From: an uncultured delta proteobacterium
GTDB lineage: Bacteria > Desulfobacterota > Binatia > UBA9968
Direction of reading: 5' to 3'
NCBI GenBank assembly: GCA_963804165.1
Contig: CAWDPO010000036.1
Span: forward strand, 1 to 64,000
Length of the DNA: 64,000 bases
Each line of letters opens with the position of its first letter. The first letter of the stretch is position 1. The position numbers were made by a program, and so were the translations under genes. Under the pieces are notes generated by a model. That model was not told the origin of the DNA, ran no database searches, and was given only the letters and a program-made list of their open reading frames with translations. Shown here piece after piece: positions 41,159-53,578 of this stretch.

Positions 41159-42166
41159 CTATTTCAGCCGTCCTTCCTTGCGCAGCTCCAGCTGCGCCTG
41201 CTTGAGGATTTTATCGTTGATCACTCGGTCTAGAGTAAAGTTTTTATCGACAACGCCGGCGCGGATGTCTTCGTCGAGCATGATCTGGATGCCGTCATGT
41301 GCCACCGAGAGGTCGGCGGCGTACCCGGGGCTGAAGAGATCGTAGGAGCGATTGATGAGTTCCGGTTCTCCTGGGAGACCGCTGGCGATGCCGATTTGGA
41401 TCGCTTCTTTCTTGTTGTGCTTTGCCACTTGCATTCCCAAAATCATCGCTTTGAGAAAGCGCTTCGACGTCTCGGGGTATTTCTGCAGCATCTCCCCGCG
41501 CGTGACGAGGATACTCTGGGGGATGCGTAACGCCTCGTTCAGGTTCACGATCATCGGGTATCCCTTGTCGAGGAGCCTTATTGTATCCTCGGCCGTGAAA
41601 GGTGCGGCCGAGATGACTCCTCGTTCGAGCGCGATGGCGCGCAACGCGGTTCCGCCGATGGCTCGGAGCGTGACATCGCGATCCGGATCGATATTGTGTC
41701 GCTTGAGGAATATTCTAATTGCGAAATCCGAGTAAGCGCCGGCGCCGGTAACGCCGATGATTTTGCCGCGCAGCTCTTCGATGCTCTTGACTTCTTTGCT
41801 GCCGAGCAAGGTGTAGTTCGTGTAGTTCGATAATGAGGCAAGGATGTGCAGGTCGAGGCCGCGGGCGTTACCGCGGATCGGCGCCTGGGCCCCGCCGATG
41901 CTGCCAAACTCCACGTTGCCGGAGATGAGAGCGGCGATTGCCGTCGGTCCGCCGCGCACAAAGATTTGCTCGACACTCAAACCCTGGTCTTTGAAAAAGC
42001 CTTTGGCGATGGCAATGCGGTAGGGGAGCTGGTTGTTCCACGAGAGACTGACGAAAACGATGCGCAGGTTTTTTTTCTCTTGAGCGTGGATACCCGGAGA
42101 GTCGAAAAATAGGGCGGAGAGGGCCAATAAGACGAACATGAAACTCGAAAATTTGGTTCGGGTCAT
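41159..42166 (-). CDS. NMT1/TauA-like substrate-binding protein
   Basis: Signal peptide from MTRTKFSS; KGFFKDQGL and ELRGKIIGV motifs. Confidence 0.88.
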   Translation of the reverse strand: MTRTKFSSFMFVLLALSALFFDSPGIHAQEKKNLRIVFVSLSWNNQLPYRIAIAKGFFKDQGLSVEQIFVRGGPTAIAALISGNVEFGSIGGAQAPIRGNARGLDLHILASLSNYTNYTLLGSKEVKSIEELRGKIIGVTGAGAYSDFAIRIFLKRHNIDPDRDVTLRAIGGTALRAIALERGVISAAPFTAEDTIRLLDKGYPMIVNLNEALRIPQSILVTRGEMLQKYPETSKRFLKAMILGMQVAKHNKKEAIQIGIASGLPGEPELINRSYDLFSPGYAADLSVAHDGIQIMLDEDIRAGVVDKNFTLDRVINDKILKQAQLELRKEGRLK

Positions 42167-42293
42167 GAGCTGTTCTACCGTTTCACTTTGATGATCGATG
42201 GGCCGATGCCCTTGGCGCGACGGTTCAGCAGTGTCGAGATTGCGCACGCAGACGCGCAGCACTTCGCCTCCCGCTACCGCATCCTGTTGCCCA

Positions 42294-43268
42294 TTAGCGT
42301 TTACTCTCAAGTTCTTCCTTGACCTCGCGCATCAGTTTTAAATTCATCACTTTTTCCGGCGGAATGTCTTCCTTGATTTTAAGAGGAGCCTTGACATCGT
42401 ATTCCATCAAATTCTTGATTCCCTGCGCGGTCGGGAGACCCGGGACGCCTTCCGGCAGCGACTTGGCAAAGCGGCGGATACCTTCGATGACCAAGGGCCG
42501 GGTCATGTTGCCCATGGGAATCTTCTTCATGGCGATATCCGCGGCTTCCTCGGGGCGCTCGCGGATGAACATCAGCGCCCGAGCCATCGGGCGAAGCCAT
42601 CTTTTGATGTCATTTGGCCGTTCGGCGATCATCTTGTCCGTGGCGACAAAACCCTGGAAGGGGTACGGGAACAAATCGCCGACGAACGCGAGGGTACGCA
42701 ATCCTTCCTTCTCGCCGAGCAAAGATTCATCGGCGTTGACTACCGCCGCGCTGAACGCGCCGGTCTTGAGCGATAGTATCGTATTGGTCGTATTGCGCGA
42801 AGGCATCGCCACCCGGCTGATGTCGCGCCCGGAGACTCCTTCGCGCTCCACCAGCATGGTGATGAGCGCGTCCTGGGTATCGCCGACGGTGCCGACGGCC
42901 ACCCGTTTGCCTTTGAGATCGGATATTTTTTGGATATCCGCCGCGGCCAACAGGTACCAAGTCACTTTCTCGGTTTGAAACATTATGGCTTTGATCGGCG
43001 CGCCGCGCAGCGCCGCGCGCATGCCCGTGCCGCCTGCGCCGCTATACTCGACGTTACCGCTCACCAAGGCGGCAATAGCGGTGCTGCCCGGAATAACGAT
43101 TGTTTGGTTGTCCAAACCTTGGTCGCGAAAATAGCCTTTTACCTCGGCGACGGGGACGCTGAGGTAATTCAGCGTCGCTCGCGGAATGACGGTCCTGACT
43201 TGTTCGCCCAAAGCCGCTGATGCCAGTAAACTAACGAACAAGCCGATTGCGATTTGCACCGCCGTCAT
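42294..43268 (-). CDS. NMT1/TauA-like substrate-binding protein
   Basis: Signal peptide; KGYFRDQGL and DLKGKRVAVG motifs. Confidence 0.88.
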   Translation of the reverse strand: MTAVQIAIGLFVSLLASAALGEQVRTVIPRATLNYLSVPVAEVKGYFRDQGLDNQTIVIPGSTAIAALVSGNVEYSGAGGTGMRAALRGAPIKAIMFQTEKVTWYLLAAADIQKISDLKGKRVAVGTVGDTQDALITMLVEREGVSGRDISRVAMPSRNTTNTILSLKTGAFSAAVVNADESLLGEKEGLRTLAFVGDLFPYPFQGFVATDKMIAERPNDIKRWLRPMARALMFIRERPEEAADIAMKKIPMGNMTRPLVIEGIRRFAKSLPEGVPGLPTAQGIKNLMEYDVKAPLKIKEDIPPEKVMNLKLMREVKEELESKR

Positions 43269-43419
43269 AAGAGTAGGCTCCGATCAGATTACAGTTTCCG
43301 CCGATTCAATACCGGTCGTTAAGCATATAAAGACAAGGCTCAACTTCGTCAAGGACAACGACGGAGCGAATTTGTATAATGCGTTGATAAGTCATACGCA
43401 AAATCGCTGGAGGCAAGCT

Positions 43420-44406
43420 ATGGCAATGGCACGAGTGCTAGTGGAGGAATTTCAACCGGAAGTGCTCAAGTGGCTGCGCGAACGCGTTGAGCTGGTGGTC
43501 ATCAATCCGTGGCTGGAACCGCAGCGCTGGGAATTGGAACTCACCCGCGTCGACGCGGTGATCAGCCGCAAAGGCAAGATCACGCGCGAACAGATGGAAC
43601 GTAACGGCGGGCGTCTCAAGATCATCGCCCGCACAGGCGTCGGCGTCGACCCATCCAGGGTCGATCTCGAAGCCGCCAAGGAGTTCAAGATCTGGGTGAC
43701 CAACCAGCCGGGAAGTAACGCCGTGTCGGTGGCCGAGTTGGTTTTCGGTCAGATGATTGCGCTCGTGCGCCACACTCATGAGGCGCATCGTGCGGTCAAG
43801 GAAGATCGCTGGAGCGATTATCTCAAATTCATCGGCGCCGAGCTTGCGGGCAAGACGATCGGTATCGTGGGACTGGGCAACATCGGCATGCGCGTCGCGC
43901 TGCGCGCCCGCGCATTCGAAATGGACGTTTTGGTCGATGATCCCTACATACCGGAATCCCACGTAACTGCTCTGGGCGGCAAATGGGTCGGACTCGAAGA
44001 GTTGCTGGCGGAGGCGGATTTTGTGACGATTCATTGCCCGCTCAACCGAGAAACGAGAGGCATGATCAGCCGGAAAGATCTCGCGCTCATGAAGCGGTCG
44101 GCATTTCTGATCAATGCGGCGCGCGGCGGTATTATAGACGAGGAGGCTTTGGGCGCGGTCTTGCGCGAAAGGAAGATCGCGGGCGCCGCTTTGGATGTCG
44201 TCGCCGACGAACCGCCGGCTAAAAACCATCCGCTCATTCAACTCGACAACGTGCTCTGGACGCCGCACCTTGGCGCGGTGACCTTGGAAGCGTCCGAACG
44301 CGGCGAGTGGGGCGCTGCGGAAGAGGTGATTCGAGTGCTGGAAAGCAAGCGTCCGAAAAATCCGGTGGTCGATGCCGACGAAGCGAGGTTGCTGCTGCCG
44401 GCTTAG
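43420..44406 (+). CDS. D-isomer specific 2-hydroxyacid dehydrogenase (SerA-like, no ACT domain)
   Basis: ARTGVGVD, GLGNIG, HCPLN, INAARGG and TPHLG motifs. Confidence 0.9.
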   Translation: MAMARVLVEEFQPEVLKWLRERVELVVINPWLEPQRWELELTRVDAVISRKGKITREQMERNGGRLKIIARTGVGVDPSRVDLEAAKEFKIWVTNQPGSNAVSVAELVFGQMIALVRHTHEAHRAVKEDRWSDYLKFIGAELAGKTIGIVGLGNIGMRVALRARAFEMDVLVDDPYIPESHVTALGGKWVGLEELLAEADFVTIHCPLNRETRGMISRKDLALMKRSAFLINAARGGIIDEEALGAVLRERKIAGAALDVVADEPPAKNHPLIQLDNVLWTPHLGAVTLEASERGEWGAAEEVIRVLESKRPKNPVVDADEARLLLPA

Positions 44407-44411
44407 CTCAA

Positions 44412-44483
44412 AGTGAGGAGCGAGAAGTCAGGAGTGAGCAGTGAGATCCTAACCCCCTGACTCCTCACTCTTTACTCCTCACT
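44412..44483. repeat. Inverted 7-mer tandem repeat cassette
   Basis: 5 x AGTGAGG-like units then 4 x CCTCACT-like units between convergent genes. Confidence 0.75.
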
Positions 44484-45624
44484 TTTTGATCGAGCGGCGG
44501 AGGGTTTCCTTGATCGCTGGCGGCATGCTGAGGAAGTCTGCGACGATAGCTTGAATGGACGCGCCGAAGATCGGCGTGATTTCCAGCTTGCTTTTCTCGG
44601 CGTCCGCTAAGAAATTCTTATCGCTAAAGGTTTTTACAAACGCAGCCTCAAGAGCGGCCGCGCGCTCGGCCGAGACGCCCGGCGGCAGCATATAGACCTT
44701 GCCGAATTGATTGGGTGCGCTCGTGCCGTAGCGCAGCAGCGACCTGTGCGTCTCGTCTTTCGTCAGCTCAGGGATAGTCGGAATGCCGTTCGTGGGGAGA
44801 TCTCGCAGTGGCTGATCAGTCAACTGAGCGAGCACCAGCCATTCTCCCGACTTGAACTTGTCCAAAGCTGTGGGCTTGATCGTGCTCCAGGGATTGAAAA
44901 ATCCGCCGATCTCGCCTGCGTCGATCGCCAAACGGATATCGGCGCTGCCCTTGTAACCGGAAACGATTTTCATGTTCGCGTTCAGGAGCGTCGCGCAGCA
45001 GGGCCGGAGCGTGCTCCAGCGTCGAATTGGGTATCGCGCCGATTATGGTTTGCTTGGCATTGGGTCCGATGACTTCGCTGAATTTCGTGATGCCGGACTG
45101 CCGCGCGACGATCATCACATAGGTTTCATTCACCGGCACCGCCAGATAGCGAAACTTCGCCATGTCGAAGTGCACTCCCGAGCTTTCGAAGAGCTGCTCG
45201 AGAATCGCCGCGCCGTTGAGCATGCCGATCTCCGTGCCGTCCTTGGCGCCGCTGTTGAAAATGTGGTTGCCGGCGATGATGCTGCCCGCGCCGGGCATAT
45301 TACTGACGGCGAGAGTGGGATTGCCCGGGATAAAGCGGCCGAGATGACGCGCGATCAAACGCGAATAAACATCGGCGCCGCCGCCCGGCGGAAAGCCGAC
45401 GACGATGCGCACGATCTTGCCACGATAGAAATCCGCCGCTGCGCGTTCATTGAACGTTGCGGCGGTCGGGTTTTGTGTTGGCAGTGTGGGCGCCGGCAGA
45501 TATAGTGAAAGCCAGAAAAAGCAGCGACAAAAAGATTTGGCAGCTGCGACTCACGGGCCTTTAGCAGGCGGCCTGTCTCAATCGAGCCATTCAAATTAGC
45601 GTTAACAAAATTCGTAGCGGTCAT
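44479..45624 (-). CDS. Tripartite tricarboxylate transporter substrate-binding protein (TctC/Bug-like), frameshifted; start uncertain
   Basis: IVVGFPPGGGADVYSR, NMPGAGS and GYKGSADIRLA motifs in successive frames. Confidence 0.8.
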
Positions 45625-45639
45625 CTGAGTTTCGCTCCC

Positions 45640-45744
45640 GTCATCCTGAGCCGGAGGCGAAGGATCTGCTTTTATCGGGCTGAAAGCAGATCCTTCGTCG
45701 CAGAGTTTACGCTGAGCAAAGTCGAAGGGCTCCTCAGGATGACA
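45640..45744. repeat. REP-like palindromic element (TGTCAT...ATGACA family), composite empty copy
   Basis: GTCATCCTGAGCCGGAGGCGAAGGATCT...AGATCCTTCG...CTCAGGATGACA with an internal ACGCTGAGCAAAGTCGAAGGG unit. Confidence 0.8.
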
Positions 45745-45832
45745 TGCTTCAGCAATTTATTGTTAGTTTGACGAATAGCTTAGTGAAGTGGCGGTTTAAC
45801 GCCGAAGTCGCCGAACGGTAACTGATACGGTT

Positions 45833-46542
45833 TTATCGCAGCGCGCCTTTGCCGACTTCGACCGTGCCGTTTTGGCGCAAGCGCACCACGTTGACGGTTC
45901 CGGTGTATTCCGGCGAGCCGGAGTAATGGGCGGAGATCTTGCCATCGCCGACCGGAGTCGACTGGTTCCAATGTCCGAGGGCGACGTAGTCGGCGCCGGT
46001 GGCGGCGAGCTCTTCAGGATGAATCAGCCAGGAGCCGATCAGCCGATTCGGATCGCGCTCTTGATCGACGTAATGACCGTGGGCTGCGGCAAGCTGCCAG
46101 CGCGTTGTGCGCGGGCGCGGGTTGGCCAGCGGCGACATGTCGGTGTAATCGAAATGCGCGTGGCCCCAGATTTCCAACTCAAACTCGTCGAAGATGGCCG
46201 CGTGCTCGACGTTCAGGCCGAGAATACGGACATTGGGGATTAGCCCGAGTCCGGCTCGACGATAGACCGAGTCGGGAGTGAGCGGGTCGTGATTCCCCGG
46301 CAAGATGACTACAGGGTTTCGGTATTCGCGCAGCATTTGTGCGGCGCGTTCGAGCAGCTCAATCGGCTGGCGATGGTTGTCAAACGAATCGCCGGCGAGC
46401 AAGACCACGTCCGCCCGACGTCCGCGGCTGCCGTCAATACCTTTGGTAGCACGGCCAATCGATCTTTGTCGCTGAAGCTGTCATCCGTGCCAAGATGAAG
46501 ATCCGAACTGTGAACGATCGTTACTTCTGGGTGTGAAGCCAT
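45833..46542 (-). CDS. Metallophosphoesterase (SbcD/Mre11-like), frameshift near 46410
   Basis: HSSDLHLG, AGDSFD, PGNHD, AHG, ALGHW and YSGSPE motifs. Confidence 0.85.
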
Positions 46543-46616
46543 GGCTGCATCCCGATGAATTATCTCGTTAACGCTATCAAATAGGGGCAAGAAAATGAAA
46601 GCGAAGGCCAGAAACA

Positions 46617-46643
46617 GCAACGGGCCGCGAGGCGGCCCGTTGC
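46617..46643 (-). terminator. Hairpin, probable terminator of the small secreted protein gene
   Basis: GCAACGGGCCGC-GAG-GCGGCCCGTTGC followed by TGTTTCT on the minus strand. Confidence 0.6.
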
Positions 46644-46710
46644 CAGGAGCGAGTGGAAGGAGTTGTTTAAGAATGATTACTTGGTCTTGGCTTCAGTTTT
46701 GGCCTTGGCT

Positions 46711-46983
46711 TTATCGTGTCTTAGCCTTGGTCGGTTCCTTACCCTCGATGCTGGTGGCGGTCATCTTGTATTTGATCATCACCCGATCGCCCTTTTTGAT
46801 ATCGCCGCTGGTCTTTGTGTTTTTGTCCCGGGCGATTTCCCAGTTTTCAGTGCCCTTTTTGACGATGATGACATCGTCTTTAACATCGATCACAGGCCCG
46901 GTAACCTGATAATCCTTTGCTATGGCCAACGATGCCGCGCTTAAAAAAAGCGCCGCGACAAAAAATCCAAATGTACGTTTCAT
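46711..46983 (-). CDS. Small secreted OB-fold-like protein
   Basis: Signal peptide; YQVTGPV...IKKGDRVMIKY; AAGGAGG RBS. Confidence 0.75.
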   Translation of the reverse strand: MKRTFGFFVAALFLSAASLAIAKDYQVTGPVIDVKDDVIIVKKGTENWEIARDKNTKTSGDIKKGDRVMIKYKMTATSIEGKEPTKAKTR

Positions 46984-47234
46984 GGGCTTTGCCTCCTTAG
47001 GTTAATGGACTGGTTAGTTGGTTCAATCGCTCTTGTTTCCGTTAGTCAGAACGGTCTTGATTCTTAGCGTTGCTTATAGCGCGAAAATTCGTGAATGAGA
47101 AATTGAAAAATGCGCAAAGTGATAAAATCAGGACGAAAACTCAGCCTTGCGAGGACCTTGTGGGAGAACCGATCGGAAAGCCAGGCTGATATTTAGAATT
47201 ACCGAATACGCGAACTACTTGGCTGGCACTTTCC

Positions 47235-47264
47235 TGAGCAAGGCGGGGAGGGCCGCCTTGCTCA
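47235..47264. terminator. Strong hairpin downstream of the Lys/Glu-rich protein gene
   Basis: TGAGCAAGGCGG-N6-CCGCCTTGCTCA. Confidence 0.55.
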
Positions 47265-47285
47265 CGACGAACGTGAATCGAAGAC

Positions 47286-47476
47286 TTACTTCTTTTCTCT
47301 TCTTTGGACTTTTCGCTCTTGGTCGTCTCGCCCTTTTCGCTCTTCGACTTTTCGCCCTTGGACTTTTCACCCTTTTCCGATTTCTCGGATTTGGACTTTT
47401 CATCCTTCACATCTGCGGCATAGGCGGCGGATGCCAGGAACATGGAAGCAACTAATACACCTAGAAAACGTTTCAT
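47286..47476 (-). CDS. Small secreted Lys/Glu-rich repeat protein; probable 1-nt indel just before the stop
   Basis: MKRFLGVLVASMFLASAAYA signal, KSEKGE repeats; adding one A gives EKKK-stop at 47286. Confidence 0.65.
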
Positions 47477-47710
47477 TAGGTAATCCCCCTTCGTGGATTT
47501 GTGTTGTTTACTGTTGGAACGAAAAAAAATCATCGTATCGCCCTCCACTCGATACGGCCTCAATTTTTTCGTTCTGCTGACTTGGACGCGTGACTACGAC
47601 TTTTCATTCACGCCGGTTGTGGTTTATATATGAAGTAATTGATTTACTCAAGGCTAAAGTCGTAGCCATGCGAGGTTAACTTCGCGATAAATAAGGGGGA
47701 GGGTTAGGAA

Positions 47711-49168
<1,458 letters not shown>

Positions 49169-49189
49169 GGAGTTGAATTCACCAGAAGA

Positions 49190-49331
49190 ACAAATCCAAA
49201 ATTCGAAATCCAAAACAATTTCGAATCTCGGAAAACGAAATTCCTAGACAAACGCAATCCGGGTTTGAGGGTTTACAACTGGAATTTAGGCATTCATTTT
49301 GTTCGGATTTCCAGCTTCGGACTTCGAAATT
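49190..49331. repeat. Degenerate inverted 7-mer cassette
   Basis: AAATCCA/AAATTCG units on the left, CGGATTT/CGGACTT/CGAAATT units on the right. Confidence 0.65.
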
Positions 49332-49346
49332 GCCGATGAAAGGTCG

Positions 49347-50519
49347 TTACGGTCGCTCGGCCGCCAACGGTTCGTAAATCGTGTTGCCGCGCACGGCAAA
49401 TACCGGCGTGATCGTCTGGTGTGCGGGAATCGTGCCTTTCTGCGAGTCGATGGCTCTCCACTCTCGATCGTCGATTTTCAACACGGAAATTTCCGCCGGC
49501 TGACCAACGTGGAGAGTTCCCATCTCCGCTGACCGTCCGAGCAGCTTCGCTGCATTCGCCGTCGCCATTTCGATTACCTGATTCAACGAGAATCCCAGCG
49601 CCATCAGTTTCGCCATCGTCGTCGGCAGATCGTACACGGGTCCAGCGCGGTTGCCGCGGTGGCCGTCGGTGGAGACACCGTCGGGATGGAGACCTTGATC
49701 GAGGACTTTGCGCGCAACATCGAAATTCAAATTGTGTAACCCATGGCCGACGTCCATCAGGACGCCGGATTCTTTGGCGTCGCGCACCTGCGGCCAGAGT
49801 TTGCCGTTGCCGTCGAGCAAACCGCCCGGATGGACTGTGAACATATGCGTGACGATATCGCCGGCGCGCAAATATTTAAGCACGTCGCCGACGTGCACGG
49901 GCGCGGTGTCTTTCGTCCAGCTCTCGCCGACGTGCACGAGCAGCGGCAGTTTCAAAGAGTCGCCGAGCTTGCGCGCTCGCTCCAGCGGCTTCAGCCCCTG
50001 CGAGCCGAGCGCGCCGCCGGTGGCCATGATTTTTATCCCGACAATGATATCGCGATTGGCTTCGACCGCTTGCTCGATCTTGGCCTCATCGATCAGCCGG
50101 GGATCGGCGAGAATGCTGTAGCCGGGACCGCTAACGCCGCCGAGCGTGGAAAGATTGATGTAGTTCAGCACGCGCGTTTTGGCATTGTCGGTCACATAAT
50201 TGCGAAAGACATTCAGCAGTGTGTGACCTGCGCTGCCCGCGTCGACTACAGTGGTTACGCCTGAGCCAACGCCGAAAATATCCGGATCGACGCCGAAAGC
50301 GCCGAGCCCTTTCATCAAATGTAGATGAACGTCGATCAATCCCGGCGTGACGACGTGATCTTTGACATCGATCACCGTCGCGCCGTCGGCTTCCAGATTC
50401 GAACTGATCGCGTTGACCTTTCCGTCGACCACACGGACGTCTAAAATGCCATTCCTGCCCGCCGCGGGATCGATCAGACGGCCGCCTTTGAGCAGAAAAT
50501 TAGTCGACTGTTGATTCAT
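49347..50519 (-). CDS. Dihydroorotase-like metal-dependent amidohydrolase/deacetylase
   Basis: PGLIDVHLH, GVTTVVDAGSAG, GDIVTH, DVGHG and STDGH motifs. Confidence 0.88.
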   Translation of the reverse strand: MNQQSTNFLLKGGRLIDPAAGRNGILDVRVVDGKVNAISSNLEADGATVIDVKDHVVTPGLIDVHLHLMKGLGAFGVDPDIFGVGSGVTTVVDAGSAGHTLLNVFRNYVTDNAKTRVLNYINLSTLGGVSGPGYSILADPRLIDEAKIEQAVEANRDIIVGIKIMATGGALGSQGLKPLERARKLGDSLKLPLLVHVGESWTKDTAPVHVGDVLKYLRAGDIVTHMFTVHPGGLLDGNGKLWPQVRDAKESGVLMDVGHGLHNLNFDVARKVLDQGLHPDGVSTDGHRGNRAGPVYDLPTTMAKLMALGFSLNQVIEMATANAAKLLGRSAEMGTLHVGQPAEISVLKIDDREWRAIDSQKGTIPAHQTITPVFAVRGNTIYEPLAAERP

Positions 50520-50529
50520 AGCCCAAGGT

Positions 50530-50595
50530 CTCGTGGTCGTGTTCGTGACTCGTGTTCGCTGGATGGAGTTCCGCAAGCACGCTCACGATCACGAC
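50530..50595. repeat. Inverted 6-mer tandem repeat cassette
   Basis: About 4 x NTCGTG units then CACGCT/CACGAT/CACGAC units. Confidence 0.6.
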
Positions 50596-50596
50596 A

Positions 50597-51771
50597 TCAC
50601 GTCGTGTAATATGCGTTTTCCTTAATATAGCCCTCGGTCAGATCGCAGCCCCAGACACGCGCGCCGGCTTTGCCGATGCCGAGGTTGACCCCGATCGTCA
50701 CTTCAGATTGTCCGAGATATCGCCGTAGCGCTTCGAGATCGCAATCCACGGGAGAGCCTTTTTTGAAAACATTCGTATCGCCGAAACGGATGGTCACCTT
50801 TGCCGGCTCGACCGTCGGATCAAAAGTTTTGCCGACCGCCATGATCACACGGCCCCAATTGGGATCACAACCGTACACAGCGGTTTTCACCAGTGGCGAA
50901 TTCACGACAGTCTTCGCGACGCGCTTTGCCTGGGTTGCCGACTTGGCGCCCTTGACGTCTACGGTGATCAGTTTGGTCGCGCCCTCGCCGCTGCGCGCGA
51001 TTTCCTTGGTGAGATACTCGCACACCTGCAACAATGCTTTTTCGAACTGCGCGAGTTTCACACTGCCGGCAAGACCGTTGGCCATCAACACCACGGTGTC
51101 GCTGGTGCTGGTGTCGGTGTCGATGCTCATCGAATTGAACGTCCGATCGACGACCCGGCGCAGCATCGGGCGCATCGCCGCTTTCGGCAACTCAGCATCG
51201 GTCATCAAGTAAACGAGCATCGTCGCCATGTTCGGCTCGATCATACCCGCCCCTTTGGCAATACCGGCGATGACCGCGGAACCGACCCGACACGAAAAGT
51301 ATTTTGGATACTTGTCCGTCGTCATGATCGCTTCGGCGGCGAGCTTCAGATTGTTCGGCTTCAATTCGCTCTCGAATGCCGCGTAGCCCCGCGCGGATTT
51401 TATCCATCGGCAACGGGCGGCCGATCACGCCGGTGGAAAACGGCAAAACGTCGTAGGAATCTGATGCCCAGCTCTTCACCGACGATGCGACAGGTCTCGA
51501 TGGCGTTATCGATGCCCTGCTTGCCCATCGCCACGTTGGCGTTCTTGCTGTTGATCACCAATGCCTGAGCAAATCCGTTGGCGATGTGCTTGCGCCCGAC
51601 AATGACCGGCGCGCCGGGGAAACGATTGCGCGTGAACATCGCCGCCGCGCGCGCGCGGACGGTCGAGTAGATGACGGTTAGATCAAGCGTGCTGTCCTTG
51701 ATGCCGACGTTTTTCGCCAACGATAGAAAACCTTGAGGATGATGAAACTCTGCGGGCGGATTGTGTTGCAT
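50597..51771 (-). CDS. argJ: Ornithine acetyltransferase ArgJ, frameshifted near 51365 and 51460
   Basis: FSTGVIGRPL, IMTTD, AKGAGMIEPNMATML, DTSTSDT, GEGATK, DPNWGR and GCDLTEGYIKENAYY motifs. Confidence 0.92.
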
Positions 51772-51899
51772 TGTTAACTGACGACTCCTAAATCATTTCC
51801 GACTTGAAGCAGAGACTAGCATAGAGAATCGATTAAACGGAATAGAATTGGAGGCGTATATCGTCGAGCCGGCGCGGCTAATATTCGGAAGGAACGCCG

Positions 51900-52622
51900 T
51901 CACCTAGGCGTACGCACTCTGCACACGAAATAAAGCCGTTCCGACCGATCCGAGGCCTTCGCACCGAAAGGATCGAGCACTTTGACTTCCTTAAAATGAC
52001 TCTGCAGGGAACTAACGATTTGTTGTTTTGGAAAGGCGATCTCACTGATCTTTTCGTGGAACAAACTGTAACTATTCCCATTTTGACGTTCAAAGATTTT
52101 GACATCCCATTCGAATGCTCCTCGTCGTCCCCCGGTCACTTTGACAATGGCCAGATCGTGACCGATCCATCTCTCCCAGGCGGGACCATTGACGAGCCGT
52201 TGTAGTTTGCCGAGTGTGTTGACGTCAAAAATAAAAACGCCGTCGTCTTTTAAATGCAATGCAACACGGCAAAATACTTTTCGCCAATCCGCGAAGCGGA
52301 GCAGGTGATTGATCGAGTCGAATACGCAAACGATTGCGTCAAATTGTCGTGCAATGTGGAAGCTGGTCATGTCTTGGCGGAAGAAGCGCACGTGCGGCAG
52401 CTTCTTCCGGGCGATGGCGAGCATCGGACGAGAACAATCGAGGCCGGTGACGTCATAAGACGCCGAGAGAATGCCCAATATGCCGCCGGTGCCGCAGGCG
52501 ATCTCCAAAACGGTTTTTGCCTGTGGACTGTAACGGTTGGTCAAGCTGCGAATATAAGTCGCGGCCTCCGAACGATCGCCCATAACCCGGTCATAAAATC
52601 GGTAGAATTTGTCGTAGGACAT
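51900..52622 (-). CDS. Class I SAM-dependent methyltransferase
   Basis: VLEIACGTG and FDAIVCVFDSINHL motifs. Confidence 0.9.
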   Translation of the reverse strand: MSYDKFYRFYDRVMGDRSEAATYIRSLTNRYSPQAKTVLEIACGTGGILGILSASYDVTGLDCSRPMLAIARKKLPHVRFFRQDMTSFHIARQFDAIVCVFDSINHLLRFADWRKVFCRVALHLKDDGVFIFDVNTLGKLQRLVNGPAWERWIGHDLAIVKVTGGRRGAFEWDVKIFERQNGNSYSLFHEKISEIAFPKQQIVSSLQSHFKEVKVLDPFGAKASDRSERLYFVCRVRTPR

Positions 52623-52624
52623 TC

Positions 52625-52730
52625 GAGATTACGCGGTTTCGGCGTCGGCCTTTCTGAATGAACCCCAGCTGCAGATATAATCGAATCGCTCTTTCATTGG
52701 CGGTTTCTCTTTGCACTGCCATTAGATGGG
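52625..52730 (-). pseudogene. Possible GNAT C-terminal remnant
   Basis: NERAIRLYLQLGF motif without an intact N-terminal part. Confidence 0.4.
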
Positions 52731-52866
52731 TGCGTCTTCGTGACAAGCTTCTCGAACAAGTATGCTTAACATTCATTTACCGAGGAAGGAATTCTAGAGG
52801 CGCAAAGGTAATAAAAGTCTAATCGGTGTGCTTCCATATCTGGGCGAGGAGGACGAATCATCAGTT

Positions 52867-53547
52867 TCAGTGCTGAACTTGGCTCACCATGCTCTGGCCA
52901 GGGCAATAGACATAAGTGTGGCGGTCATAAGTTTTCTTGCCGGATCGATCCGTGGCGGTCCAGTAAATTTCCAGGCAATGCAGCGTGCCCTGATAACTGA
53001 AATCGATGCGCTGGATGGTTATGGTCTCCACTCGTTCCGTTACGGTTGTGTCCCAGACCTTATAGGTGAAAGTTTTCGACTCGCCTTCCTTCCACAAGCC
53101 CAGGGAAAACTTCAATCCGCCGGAATATGTCCGCGTATCTCGGCCCGGCCTGCCGTCAAACAGCCGACCGAGGCCGGTTTGGTTTTGATTGATTGTGAAG
53201 AGCTGTGTCTTGTCTTCGCCCTTTCTCTCGTCGGGATTGATTCTTTCGTAAACCGTCGCTGTCTGCCCGATCACAGGATGTTTCCACTCCGTCGGTCCTT
53301 TGATGTAATACGTTGAAGTACGGTGGCGATACGTGCCGTCGACCGGCGTCATTCTCAATTCTCTTTTCCCGTCCCAGTCCACTCCCGTCCAGAGCTCGAC
53401 CGGGATGTAGCGTTCCTTGGTTTGAGGATTGATCGAATCCCCCCAAACATTGGATTCGGCGGCGCATACGGAAGTCGGCGCCAATAAGACGAGGCTCATT
53501 AGCGAAAGAGCCAGTGACGTGTTCAACCGATTTATCAGAACGTTCAT
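52867..53547 (-). CDS. Hypothetical secreted beta-rich protein
   Basis: Signal-like N-terminus, 226 aa ORF, YVYCPGQSMV C-terminus. Confidence 0.7.
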   Translation of the reverse strand: MNVLINRLNTSLALSLMSLVLLAPTSVCAAESNVWGDSINPQTKERYIPVELWTGVDWDGKRELRMTPVDGTYRHRTSTYYIKGPTEWKHPVIGQTATVYERINPDERKGEDKTQLFTINQNQTGLGRLFDGRPGRDTRTYSGGLKFSLGLWKEGESKTFTYKVWDTTVTERVETITIQRIDFSYQGTLHCLEIYWTATDRSGKKTYDRHTYVYCPGQSMVSQVQH

Positions 53548-53578
53548 GGCTTTCTTCCAATCGAAGGGAACCCTCGGT

